The notes beneath the pieces were generated by a model. That model had not been told where the DNA came from and made no database searches. It worked only from the letters and a program-made list of their open reading frames with translations. The translations under genes were made by a program, and so were the position numbers. Source: Candidatus Saganbacteria bacterium (GTDB lineage: Bacteria; Margulisbacteria; WOR-1; JAKLHX01). Taken from it: DNA of 32,000 nucleotides. Location of the stretch: positions 124,187 to 156,186 of the forward strand of contig JAPLKZ010000007.1 in assembly GCA_026387835.1 (NCBI GenBank), given 5' to 3'. This document shows positions 1 to 7,792 of this stretch, in pieces (positions within the stretch are counted from its first letter, which is position 1; each line of letters begins with the position of its first letter).

Positions 1-111
1 TACGGCATACAGGTCGCGAAACTCGCGGGCCTGCCGGACGAAGTTATAAAAAGGGCAAAAGAAGTCTATGAAAAGCTGGAGATGGTAGAGAGCGACTTTG
101 GAAAGATTTGA
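1..111 (+). CDS. mutS: C-terminal fragment of DNA mismatch repair protein MutS (5' truncated by window edge)
   Basis: Frame 1 reads [36 protein letters not shown] , matching the typical MutS C-terminal '[15 protein letters not shown]' motif. Confidence 0.75.
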   Translation, partial: YGIQVAKLAGLPDEVIKRAKEVYEKLEMVESDFGKI

Positions 112-131
112 AAATCTGATATAATTTCATC

Positions 132-1424
132 ATGGAAAAACTACTTGACAAGATAAGATCAAAAAAAGCAAATATAGCGATAATCGGCATGGGCTATGTG
201 GGGCTTCCGCTCGGCATCGAGATTGCCAAGATCGGGTTCAATGTCTTAGGGATAGACACGAGCAAGCCGAAGACAGAGAACCTGAACAAGGGCAACAGCC
301 ATGTTGAGGACGTAAAGAGCGAGGATATCAGGACTCTCCTCGGGCAGGGCAGGATATCTTTTTATGATAACCCCCAGGTGATCGAGAAAGCGGATGTGGT
401 CATAATCTGCGTGCCGACCCCGCTCCGCAAGACCGGGGACCCCGACATCTCTTTCATAACCTCCGCGGTCCAGGAGATAAAGGACCATATCCACGAGAAC
501 ATGCTTGTGATACTGGAGAGCACGACATTTCCAGGCACTACCGATGAAGTGGTCCGGCCGCAGATTGAAAGCTTCGGCTACAAGATCGGGGAGAACTTTT
601 TCCTGGCATTCTCTCCGGAAAGAGTGGACCCCGGGAACCCGGCGTATTACACGAAGAACATCCCTAAAGTGATCGGCGGGGTGGAAATCAAATCCGGGGA
701 AGCCGCGCAGGCCCTCTACGGCCAGGTCTTTGAAAAGACCATGCTGGTAAAGGACGCTAAGACCGCCGAAATGGTCAAGCTGCTCGAGAACACTTTCAGG
801 AACGTAAATATCGCGTTCATAAACGAGTTCTGCCAGATCTGCCACCAGATGAAGGTGGATGTGTGGGAGATAATCGAAACAGCAAAGACAAAACCTTTCG
901 GGTTCATGCCTTTCTATCCCGGGCCCGGCATCGGCGGCCACTGCATCACCACTGACCCGACATATCTTACCTGGAAAGCAAAATTCATAGGAGGGGATGT
1001 CCAGCTCATAAATCTTTCCACGCAGATAAACAGAGAGATGCCGGCTTATGTGGTAACAAGAGTGGAGCAGCTCATCGGCGATCTGAAAGACAAAAAAATA
1101 CTGCTGCTCGGCATGGCATATAAAAAAGATATTTCGGATATCAGGGAATCACCGGCGATCGACGTGTTCAGGCTGTTCAGGCAGTTAGGTTCAATTGCGG
1201 ATTACAGCGATCCGTATGTGCCGGAGCTGCATGACGAGGTGACCAGGGAATCATTCACCTCAAAAGAGCTTTCAAAGGAGATGATATCTTCTTATGACTG
1301 CGTGGTGCTCACGACCGACCATTCAAATTACGACCTCAAGATGATAGAGGACAGCGCGAAGAAGATATTCGATACAAGAAACGCTTTCAGGGGCGTTGTG
1401 TCGGATAAGATATACAGACTGTGA
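132..1424 (+). CDS. UDP-glucose/UDP-N-acetyl-sugar 6-dehydrogenase family (WbpA/UGDH-like)
   Basis: 430 aa; N-terminal Rossmann GMGYVGLPLG, CVPTPL, ESTTFPGTT, PGPGIGGHCI active-site motif. Confidence 0.9.
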   Translation: MEKLLDKIRSKKANIAIIGMGYVGLPLGIEIAKIGFNVLGIDTSKPKTENLNKGNSHVEDVKSEDIRTLLGQGRISFYDNPQVIEKADVVIICVPTPLRKTGDPDISFITSAVQEIKDHIHENMLVILESTTFPGTTDEVVRPQIESFGYKIGENFFLAFSPERVDPGNPAYYTKNIPKVIGGVEIKSGEAAQALYGQVFEKTMLVKDAKTAEMVKLLENTFRNVNIAFINEFCQICHQMKVDVWEIIETAKTKPFGFMPFYPGPGIGGHCITTDPTYLTWKAKFIGGDVQLINLSTQINREMPAYVVTRVEQLIGDLKDKKILLLGMAYKKDISDIRESPAIDVFRLFRQLGSIADYSDPYVPELHDEVTRESFTSKELSKEMISSYDCVVLTTDHSNYDLKMIEDSAKKIFDTRNAFRGVVSDKIYRL

Positions 1425-1445
1425 TATTTCACCTAAAGATCCGCT

Positions 1446-2048
1446 TCACTTCCTGTTTATGAACCACAAGAGAGTAGGGTAGTAAAGCTCCGTCCTTAGG
1501 CCGCCTTTCACGCCGGAATGGCTTCCGCCGGTCTTCACAGCTTCAACAGCTTCTCCGGTCGTATAGCCTTTTTCTTCTATTAAGTATTTCGCGATCACCA
1601 TCCCGGTCCTGTCAGCGCCCCACTTGCAGTGGATATAGACGGGGCCTTTCATAAGCTCTTTTATCTTTTTCCACTCTGATGGCGTAGGTACCTTCGCGAT
1701 GTGCATGGGCACGTGATACCTTTCGATGCCGGCCTTTTCAAGCAAAGAAGAGTATCTTGCCTGGACGGCCCTGGTATTTTCAAGATCTATAAAATGACGA
1801 ATGCCTTTCGACTTGAGATAATTTAATACCGATAAAACAGTCTCATCGCTTGCTTTAAGGTCTATTTCCGGGTCTAAAGGATGGCCTCCCGTGTGGATAT
1901 GGCCGTCGATGACGTGGTAATTGTAAGGCATCGGGCCGCTGCCGCTGACAAGGTTAGAAGGGTATTTCACGCAGACCGATGTCCCCGCAATGGAAGACAC
2001 CGAAAATATTAAGAGTAAAAAACAAACCGCGGCGGATTTTATTTTCAT
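1446..2048 (-). CDS. Secreted dual-specificity / tyrosine phosphatase-like protein
   Basis: Signal-like N-terminus; HCKWGADRTGMV matches the HCxxGxxR(T/S)G catalytic motif. Confidence 0.8.
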   Translation of the reverse strand: MKIKSAAVCFLLLIFSVSSIAGTSVCVKYPSNLVSGSGPMPYNYHVIDGHIHTGGHPLDPEIDLKASDETVLSVLNYLKSKGIRHFIDLENTRAVQARYSSLLEKAGIERYHVPMHIAKVPTPSEWKKIKELMKGPVYIHCKWGADRTGMVIAKYLIEEKGYTTGEAVEAVKTGGSHSGVKGGLRTELYYPTLLWFINRK

Positions 2049-2084
2049 GGATTAATATTAGCATATTTAACCCTCACCCCTTAA

Positions 2085-2110
2085 CCCCTCTCCCTTGACA
2101 GGGAGAGGGG
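2085..2110. repeat. 11-bp perfect inverted repeat CCCCTCTCCCT-TGAC-AGGGAGAGGGG
   Basis: Read directly; sits in 'accctcaccccttaacccctctcccttgacagggagagggg', a widely dispersed bacterial intergenic repeat style. Confidence 0.7.
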
Positions 2111-2120
2111 GGTAAAACAT

Positions 2121-3635
2121 CTAATGTGTTATAATTTTCATAGAAACAGATGCTGTAATGGGCTCATAGCTCAGCTGGCTAGAGCATGCGACTGATAATC
2201 GCAAGGTCGGTGGTTCAAGTCCACCTGGGCCCATTTTAGTTTCATTGCGAACTCCCGCACATGCGTTTTCTGAAATATTTTTCGGCGAAGGTTTTCTTCT
2301 GCGGCATTTTTTTGGGTGGGGGCAAAAAAATGCCGCAGGAACAGTTTCAGGGGTCTGATTTTCGGCGCAGTTATCAGGATATTTTAATATTACTTCGACG
2401 TTCTCCTTCGAATAAATTATCTTTTCGATGTGCTGTTTTATAATAATTCGTCTTTCAGTCATATCCCTATTAGCTGTCGATCCGGTTATGGTCTCCAGTA
2501 TCTGCCGGACTTTTTCGGAGGTGAACTGCAACGGAAAGGGCCCCGGTTCAAGTCCGCTTGACATGGGTTTAGGCGAATTATTGAGCGTGAAAATCAAACT
2601 GTCGAGATGTTGATTGTTTTTGGCTATATTATCAAGATAATCTATGACAAGCCTGTCCAGACGATCGACGCTGACCTGTCTGACATCACAAAAAGACAGG
2701 TCTCTTTTATTGATGCTTGTGCAACGATAATAAAAATATCTGACTCTCCTTGTATATCTCTTTTTATTTGTGAAGACTTCGCTCATAGTAGATCCGCAGC
2801 CTTTACAATGAAGTAATCCCGGAAATAACGCACAGTGAACGACTCTGCCGTATATTCTCTGTTTATGATGTTTCTGCGCTTCTTCAAACATTTCGGGAGA
2901 CACGATCGCTTCATGCAGGCCTTGATAGATATTTCCTTTGTGAAGGATCATCCCTTTATAGACGACATTTCTCAGCATGTCACATATTACTGTCTTTGAA
3001 AAAACATTGCCTTTTCTGTTGAACATATTTCCGGATTTCAAAGTATTGTAAACAGAATAAACCGATCCGGTGGAAAGATATGTTTCAAATATCTTCTTTA
3101 CTGTTTCGGAATGAACCGGATCGATCACGAGTTTTTTATCTTCCTTTTTATATCCGAACGGAGGCTTTCCTGAACTCCACATACCTTTTTTTGCCATTTC
3201 GGCCTTTTTGTCCCTGATCCTTTCACTTGTCAGCTCTCTTTCAAACTGGCCGAAAGTAAGCATGATATTCCTAAGAAGCCGACCCGACGGAGTGGAAGTG
3301 TCAAATCTCTCTGTTATAGAAATAAAGCTCGCGTTGTGTTTTTCGAGTATTTCTAAAAGATTGTAGAAATCTTTTGGGGATCTTGTGAGCCTGTCTATCT
3401 TGTATGAAATGACGACATCTATCTTGCCGTCCTGAATATCAGATAACATATCATTCAGTCCGGGACGGTCCGTATTCGCTCCGGAGTATCCTTCGTCCGA
3501 ATAAGCCTTGTAGACTTCAAAATCGTTCTGGCTTGATATGAACGATCTGATCTTTATTTGCTGCGCCTCGCAGGAATTGAACTCGACCTCGGCCTGAGAA
3601 TCTGAAGAAACCCTCGTATAGATAGCTGCTCTCAT
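2121..3635 (-). CDS. Large serine recombinase (resolvase + recombinase domain + zinc ribbon), integrated at the tRNA-Ile 3' end
   Basis: MRAAIYTRVSSDSQAE, YSDEGYSGANTDRPGL, GQFERELTSERIRDK, CxxC zinc ribbon 'GLLHCKGCGSTM...YRC'. The last ~38 aa (GPGGLEPPTLRLSVACSSQLSYEP...) are antisense tRNA-Ile. Confidence 0.95.
   Translation of the reverse strand: MRAAIYTRVSSDSQAEVEFNSCEAQQIKIRSFISSQNDFEVYKAYSDEGYSGANTDRPGLNDMLSDIQDGKIDVVISYKIDRLTRSPKDFYNLLEILEKHNASFISITERFDTSTPSGRLLRNIMLTFGQFERELTSERIRDKKAEMAKKGMWSSGKPPFGYKKEDKKLVIDPVHSETVKKIFETYLSTGSVYSVYNTLKSGNMFNRKGNVFSKTVICDMLRNVVYKGMILHKGNIYQGLHEAIVSPEMFEEAQKHHKQRIYGRVVHCALFPGLLHCKGCGSTMSEVFTNKKRYTRRVRYFYYRCTSINKRDLSFCDVRQVSVDRLDRLVIDYLDNIAKNNQHLDSLIFTLNNSPKPMSSGLEPGPFPLQFTSEKVRQILETITGSTANRDMTERRIIIKQHIEKIIYSKENVEVILKYPDNCAENQTPETVPAAFFCPHPKKCRRRKPSPKNISENACAGVRNETKMGPGGLEPPTLRLSVACSSQLSYEPITASVSMKIITH
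2130..2135 (+). promoter_or_regulatory. -10 box of tRNA-Ile promoter
   Basis: TATAAT 24 nt upstream of the tRNA 5' end. Confidence 0.5.
2160..2233 (+). tRNA. tRNA-Ile (GAT)
   Basis: Acceptor GGGCTCA/TGGGCCC, anticodon stem TGCGA-CTGATAA-TCGCA, T-arm with GGTTCAAGTCC; no encoded CCA tail beyond the discriminator. Confidence 0.95.
2297..2340. repeat. Long inverted repeat (15 bp perfect arms) in the 3' part of the recombinase ORF
   Basis: TGCGGCATTTTTTTG (2300-2314) / CAAAAAAATGCCGCA (2323-2337). Confidence 0.85.
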
Positions 3636-3686
3636 ACACTTGTCCTCCTTTCGAATTTATTTAACCCCCTCTGTATCTCCCCCTTG

Positions 3687-3721
3687 ATCCCTCGGCTCGC
3701 TTGCGCTCGCTCGGGACAAGC
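3687..3721. repeat. REP/RPE-like palindromic element (copy 1)
   Basis: atccctcggctcgcttgcgctcgctcgggacaagc; same ends as copies at 15161, 16692 and 21792. Confidence 0.6.
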
Positions 3722-3894
3722 AGGGGAGCAAATCAAATTCTTCAATTCTGAAATTAATTCTCGGTGAGCATTGGACAAGTGTAGTGATCTAATGTAGCTT
3801 AGAAAACGCGGGCAACGGGACTTCTTAAAGCTATTACAATGTAAAGGGTTTAAACAATGCTCACAACATTGTGAAACTTTTATTTCAGACATGA

Positions 3895-4443
3895 TTATAT
3901 CACCTCCCTATGAAAAACGAAACAATGACGAGCCAGATCAGGCGGCAGAACGGCCCCTCGACCCTGCTCGGGGTGAACCCCGCCGCCGCAAAGGAACACA
4001 ATGACAGGGACACCCCGGGAAACAGCATGACGGATGGTATAGAGAGAGCCGCGCGAAGGGCCGTGCAGGAAAGCAACGATGACAGAGGACGCGGAAACCA
4101 AACGCCTGTTGCGGCGGAGAAGCGCGGAGACGGCAACCTGACGGGGAGAACCAATGGAAGAAGAGCCCCAAACCACATTGCCGCCTGACCCGATAAACCG
4201 CTCAACCTGCGGACGGACGGAAAAAGGGAAGCCCGCGGCGGAAGACCAAGCCGAATAAACAACGCTACGGGAAGAAGCACCCTGACGAAGCACCGCAGAC
4301 AAAGCAAACTGATCAGCGCCCATGGCACCGCCGGAAGCCACACTAAAACCGCGAGCCAGAAGCAGGGACACGACATGATCAACGAGCGGAGCGAAACGGA
4401 CGGGAAGAGAACGGGAACCAATGACACCAACTGAATAGGACAT
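3895..4443 (-). CDS. SLOG-superfamily (DprA/LOG/YspA-like) Rossmann protein, GC-rich and foreign-looking
   Basis: Start assigned at the ATG 4441-4443 with AAGGAGGTG just upstream. MSYSVGVIGSRSLP...ASGGAMGADQFAL...VIVAFLHGPSRGSLYTIRHAVSRGVPVIVFL. Confidence 0.75.
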   Translation of the reverse strand: MSYSVGVIGSRSLPVRFAPLVDHVVSLLLARGFSVASGGAMGADQFALSAVLRQGASSRSVVYSAWSSAAGFPFSVRPQVERFIGSGGNVVWGSSSIGSPRQVAVSALLRRNRRLVSASSVIVAFLHGPSRGSLYTIRHAVSRGVPVIVFLCGGGVHPEQGRGAVLPPDLARHCFVFHREVI

Positions 4444-4468
4444 ATAACTGCACCTCCTTGAGATCCAT

Positions 4469-4643
4469 GTAGCATTTTCCCGCCGCGCGGCACCCGGAGC
4501 GTAAGCGGAGGGCAAGGCTGCCTGAGCGAACCGAAGGCAGCCGCAGAGGGAGCGGACACGCGCGACGCCGAGCAGCTACGAAGGCGCGGACGAGGCGGAG
4601 CAAGTGGGAGCGACCTTGAAGCGCAAAGGCGGGAAAATGCTAC
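4469..4643 (-). ncRNA. Candidate structured leader RNA / long hairpin upstream of the SLOG gene
   Basis: 16-bp perfect inverted repeat gtagcattttcccgcc (4469-4484) / ggcgggaaaatgctac (4628-4643) enclosing a GC-rich interior with sub-hairpins, e.g. GCTGCCT...AGGCAGC. Confidence 0.4.
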
Positions 4644-4781
4644 AATGGAAAACCCGGAGAAGCACCCCTCATAGAAAGCAAAAATCGTTTGGTTGGGTTT
4701 GAAAAGGCACAGCGAAAAGTGGCATTTATTTGACAGAGGCAATAGAAGTCATAATTGTATTACGAGAGCGGAGATGACGCC

Positions 4782-4816
4782 TCCGCCGCCTCGCAAGGCT
4801 CGGCGACATCGGCGGA
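4782..4816. repeat. Inverted repeat tccgccg / cggcgga
   Basis: 4782-4788 and 4810-4816. Confidence 0.55.
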
Positions 4817-4842
4817 AAGAAACTTATCTTCTAATAAAGATC

Positions 4843-4879
4843 AGGCGGCTTGTCGCTACTTCGCAGCTCCAAGCCGCCT
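4843..4879. repeat. 10-bp perfect inverted repeat aggcggcttg / caagccgcct
   Basis: 4843-4852 and 4870-4879. Confidence 0.75.
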
Positions 4880-4907
4880 AACATCATCAATAGTTCAAAG
4901 TAATCCT

Positions 4908-4973
4908 AAAATGGTGCGAGCGGCCCACACCGCTACCATTACTCTGATTATACATAACGCATTCACGGCTGCA
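4908..4973 (-). promoter_or_regulatory. Promoter/leader segment duplicated (inverted) from the tRNA-Ala upstream region, pointing toward the SLOG gene
   Basis: 46 bp (4908-4953) is the exact reverse complement of 13733-13778, including TATAAT. 4961-4973 also matches 13712-13724 (tgcagccgtgaat). Confidence 0.7.
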
Positions 4974-4982
4974 TCTTTATAT

Positions 4983-5027
4983 GGCGGTCGCATACCTTAG
5001 CCCCCAATATAAAAAATTGCGACCGCC
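4983..5027. repeat. 10-bp perfect inverted repeat ggcggtcgca / tgcgaccgcc
   Basis: 4983-4992 and 5018-5027. Confidence 0.7.
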
Positions 5028-5043
5028 AACCAGAAACAATAAT

Positions 5044-5087
5044 TTTACAAGTTCTTAATATAATATTCACATATGGAATGATATAAT
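5044..5087 (+). promoter_or_regulatory. Pho-box-like array plus -10 of phoB
   Basis: TTTACA (5044), TTAATA (5055), TTCACA (5066), spaced exactly 11 bp, then TATAAT (5082-5087). Confidence 0.6.
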
Positions 5088-5093
5088 TCCATT

Positions 5094-5780
5094 ATGAAAA
5101 CCGTCCTGGTAGTAGACGATGAAAAGGACATTGTGGAAGCGATTGAATACAACCTTTCCAAAGAAGGATACAAGGTACATAAAGCTTTTGACGGGGATAC
5201 AGGGCTTTTGACCGCGCAGAACAAGTTGCCTGATATTGTGATACTAGACCTTATGCTGCCCAAAATGGACGGTACCGAAGTTTGCAAAAGGTTGAAGAAA
5301 GATGCCAAAACAGCAAATATACCGGTTATCATGCTTACCGCAAAAAGTGAAGAAACTGACAAGATTGTTGGACTTGAGATAGGGGCAGACGATTACATGA
5401 CCAAACCTTTCAGCATGAGGGAGCTCCTGGCAAGAATAAAAGCTATATTGAAAAGATACGGGACAGGTGTCGAAAAAACGCAGAGTATTTTGAAATATCC
5501 GGGACTTGAAATAGATGTTGACCAGCATATTGTGACGGTGATTGGAAAGAAATTAGAATTAACGGCGAAGGAATTCCTGTTATTAAAATATTTGGCCGAG
5601 AACAAAGAAAGGGTCTACAGCAGGGACAAGCTTCTTGATAGTGTCTGGGGTATCGATGCGGCAATCGAAACGCGTACTGTTGATGTCCATATGAGACGGC
5701 TCAGGGAAAAATTAAAGTCAGCATCGCATTATTTAAAGACGCTCCACGGCGTAGGATATAAATTCTCGGAAAAGAGCTGA
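5094..5780 (+). CDS. phoB: Phosphate regulon response regulator PhoB/PhoP (OmpR family)
   Basis: Receiver domain VLVVDDEKDIVEAIEYNL, ILDLMLPKMDG; winged helix DSVWGIDAAIETRTVDVHMRRLREKL; followed by phoR and the pst genes. Confidence 0.9.
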   Translation: MKTVLVVDDEKDIVEAIEYNLSKEGYKVHKAFDGDTGLLTAQNKLPDIVILDLMLPKMDGTEVCKRLKKDAKTANIPVIMLTAKSEETDKIVGLEIGADDYMTKPFSMRELLARIKAILKRYGTGVEKTQSILKYPGLEIDVDQHIVTVIGKKLELTAKEFLLLKYLAENKERVYSRDKLLDSVWGIDAAIETRTVDVHMRRLREKLKSASHYLKTLHGVGYKFSEKS

Positions 5781-5783
5781 TAC

Positions 5784-7559
5784 ATGTTCAAAAGCATCAG
5801 GCCCGTTATTTTTCTTGTCCTTACAGGGATCGTGCTGATCTCTTTCCTGCTCCTTTCTTTGATCGCCCTTCCTTCAATAAAGGACCTTGCTGTTTCCCAG
5901 ATAAAAGATCAGCTTTTGGTTCAAGCAAACATGAGCAGGGAAGATTTTTCAAATCTTCTGCTTTCAAATGCTGTAAAGGCAGTTTCGCAGGAAAAAGCAG
6001 TTGAAATCGCAAAAAATACGGGAAGCCGGGTCACTTTGATAAACAAAGACGGGGCGGTCCTCGCTGACTCGGACGAACCTCTTTCAAAGATCAAGGCGAT
6101 GGAAAATCACCTTACAAGACCGGAAGTAGTAGAAGCCGCGTCAGGAAAATACGGCTCTTCTATAAGGTACAGTGAAACAACAAGAAGGGATCAAATATAT
6201 CTTGCCTTGGCTTTAAGAGAAAAAAACGGCAGGATCCTCGGTTATCTGAGGATGTCCGATCCTTCTGAGTATATTCCCAAGATCACATTAAAATTCTACA
6301 GGTCACTGGCTCTTGCGCTTCTGTTAGCGTTGGCTGTCTGTGTTATAACAAGCTATTTTATCTCGATGATATTCACAAGGCCGTTAAGGCGGCTTGTAGA
6401 AACTTCCGAAAAGATATCCGAAGGCCGTTTTCCGGCTACGATAATGAAGAAATCCTGGTTTGAGATAGGCTCGCTCGAAAGAGCTGTCGAGAAGATGAGC
6501 TTAAAGCTTTCAGATCTTTTCAATAATATTAAAAAACAGCAGGGAAGCTCAGGCGCAGTCTTCTCGGGAATGAAGGAAGGCGTTGTGGTCCTTGATAAAG
6601 ACGGAAAGATACACACGGTCAATCCCGCAGTTGAAAAGATCTTCGGTCTGCACGGTGATGATCTGACAGGAAAAACGGTCCTTGAAGTGCTGCGGAACAA
6701 CGAGATAGCGGCTATAACGGATAGGTCCATTAAATTGGGAAAAGAGATAGAGGAGGAAATCGATATATTGACCCCTGTAGAAGCATCATTCGCGGTTTAT
6801 GCCGGGCCGATCAAAGATAAGGACGGGGATATCTTCGGCGGAATATGCGTTCTTCATGATATAACAAAGCTAAAAAAGCTTGAGAGGTACCGCTCTGAAT
6901 TTGTCGCGAATATCTCTCATGAACTAAAAACACCTTTAACGGCTATAAAGAACTATGCGGAGACGCTGCTCAACAGTGCTCCGGACGATAAGGAAAAGAG
7001 CAGGGAATTTATCCTGAAGATCGAAAAACACTCCGACAATCTTTCTTCATTGATTGACGACATTCTCGAGCTTTCAAGGCTTGAGTCCGGAGTGAAATCT
7101 GGCGAGCCGAAGAGCGTCAATATATCAGAGGTCATATCCAGATCGGTTGAATTGCTTTTGGAAAAGGCAAACAAAAAAGGCATTGTTATAAATGTTGAAT
7201 GTGACGGTCAGCTGTCCATTAGAAGTATCAAAGACCATCTTTTCAGGGCAGTTTCAAATCTTATAGACAATGCGGTGAATTATTCTGAAAAAGACAGCAT
7301 GGTAAGCATAAAATGTGTTAGAAAAGACAATAATATAGAGATCTCTGTTTCAGACAACGGCATCGGTATACCCAAAGAAAACATCGGCCGCATCTTTGAG
7401 AGGTTTTACCGTGTTGATCCGGGCAGATCAAGAGATTCCGGTGGAACAGGTCTTGGCCTTTCTATCGTCAAACATATAATGGAACTTCACGGCGGCAGGG
7501 TCTCTGTTCAAAGCGAGGCCGGAAAAGGCTCGACATTCACGCTTATATTCCCTTTGTAA
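5784..7559 (+). CDS. phoR: Phosphate sensor histidine kinase PhoR (HAMP-PAS-HisKA-HATPase)
   Basis: FVANISHELKTPLTAIKNYAETL, DNAVNYS, DNGIGIPKENIGRIFERFYRVD, GGTGLGLSIVKHIMELHGG. Confidence 0.9.
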   Translation: MFKSIRPVIFLVLTGIVLISFLLLSLIALPSIKDLAVSQIKDQLLVQANMSREDFSNLLLSNAVKAVSQEKAVEIAKNTGSRVTLINKDGAVLADSDEPLSKIKAMENHLTRPEVVEAASGKYGSSIRYSETTRRDQIYLALALREKNGRILGYLRMSDPSEYIPKITLKFYRSLALALLLALAVCVITSYFISMIFTRPLRRLVETSEKISEGRFPATIMKKSWFEIGSLERAVEKMSLKLSDLFNNIKKQQGSSGAVFSGMKEGVVVLDKDGKIHTVNPAVEKIFGLHGDDLTGKTVLEVLRNNEIAAITDRSIKLGKEIEEEIDILTPVEASFAVYAGPIKDKDGDIFGGICVLHDITKLKKLERYRSEFVANISHELKTPLTAIKNYAETLLNSAPDDKEKSREFILKIEKHSDNLSSLIDDILELSRLESGVKSGEPKSVNISEVISRSVELLLEKANKKGIVINVECDGQLSIRSIKDHLFRAVSNLIDNAVNYSEKDSMVSIKCVRKDNNIEISVSDNGIGIPKENIGRIFERFYRVDPGRSRDSGGTGLGLSIVKHIMELHGGRVSVQSEAGKGSTFTLIFPL

Positions 7560-7563
7560 ATAT

Positions 7564-7617
7564 TTTACTCCCAGTTAACAAATCCTTCATCAAGCCGTAA
7601 CACCCCGATACGATAAT
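7564..7617 (+). promoter_or_regulatory. Pho-box-like array and -10 upstream of the porin gene
   Basis: TTTACT (7564), TTAACA (7575), TTCATC (7586), GTAACA (7597) at 11-bp spacing, then GATAAT (7612-7617). Confidence 0.5.
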
Positions 7618-7792
7618 AGTAGTGTGATACCAAAGAAGAAGACGATCTACTATCACAGGAAAAGGAGGTGCAAAAACCGGTTAGGGCTTGCATTGCTTGC
7701 TGTCTTAGCGGAAAAGAGAAAACAAGGACGCTCTTTTCTTGATCTGGCGGCAGGAAGAATGATGATGATGATCAATAAAAAGGAGGAATCAG

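Noticed and set aside
246-941. 231-aa minus-strand ORF opposite the sugar dehydrogenase
   Set aside because: Antisense shadow ORF of a clearly conserved coding frame with full catalytic motifs.
3632-3892. 86-aa ORF overlapping the recombinase start by ATGA (MSEIKVSQCCEHCLNPLHC...)
   Set aside because: It crosses a dispersed palindromic repeat (translated as CSPACPERAQASRG), has no recognised family and no convincing ribosome-binding site. The overlap may be coincidental, so it is not called.
3900-4742. 280-aa minus-strand ORF (MPLSNKCHFSLCLF...) and opposite-strand ORFs at 3910-4188 and 4379-4603
   Set aside because: These are alternate frames across the GC-rich SLOG gene, low-complexity S/L/R/P-rich, with no domain signature. 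The 3895-4443 frame has a clear SLOG fold signature and a ribosome-binding site.
2121-5093. Considered that the SLOG module is definitely cargo of the tRNA-Ile recombinase element
   Set aside because: No second attachment repeat (copy of the tRNA-Ile 3' end or of CCATTTTAGTTTC) was found between 3636 and 5093, so the far boundary is unproven.
7618-7792. Porin leader considered as a known riboswitch (e.g. cyclic-di-GMP)
   Set aside because: Only scattered short matches; no consensus core could be aligned by eye.
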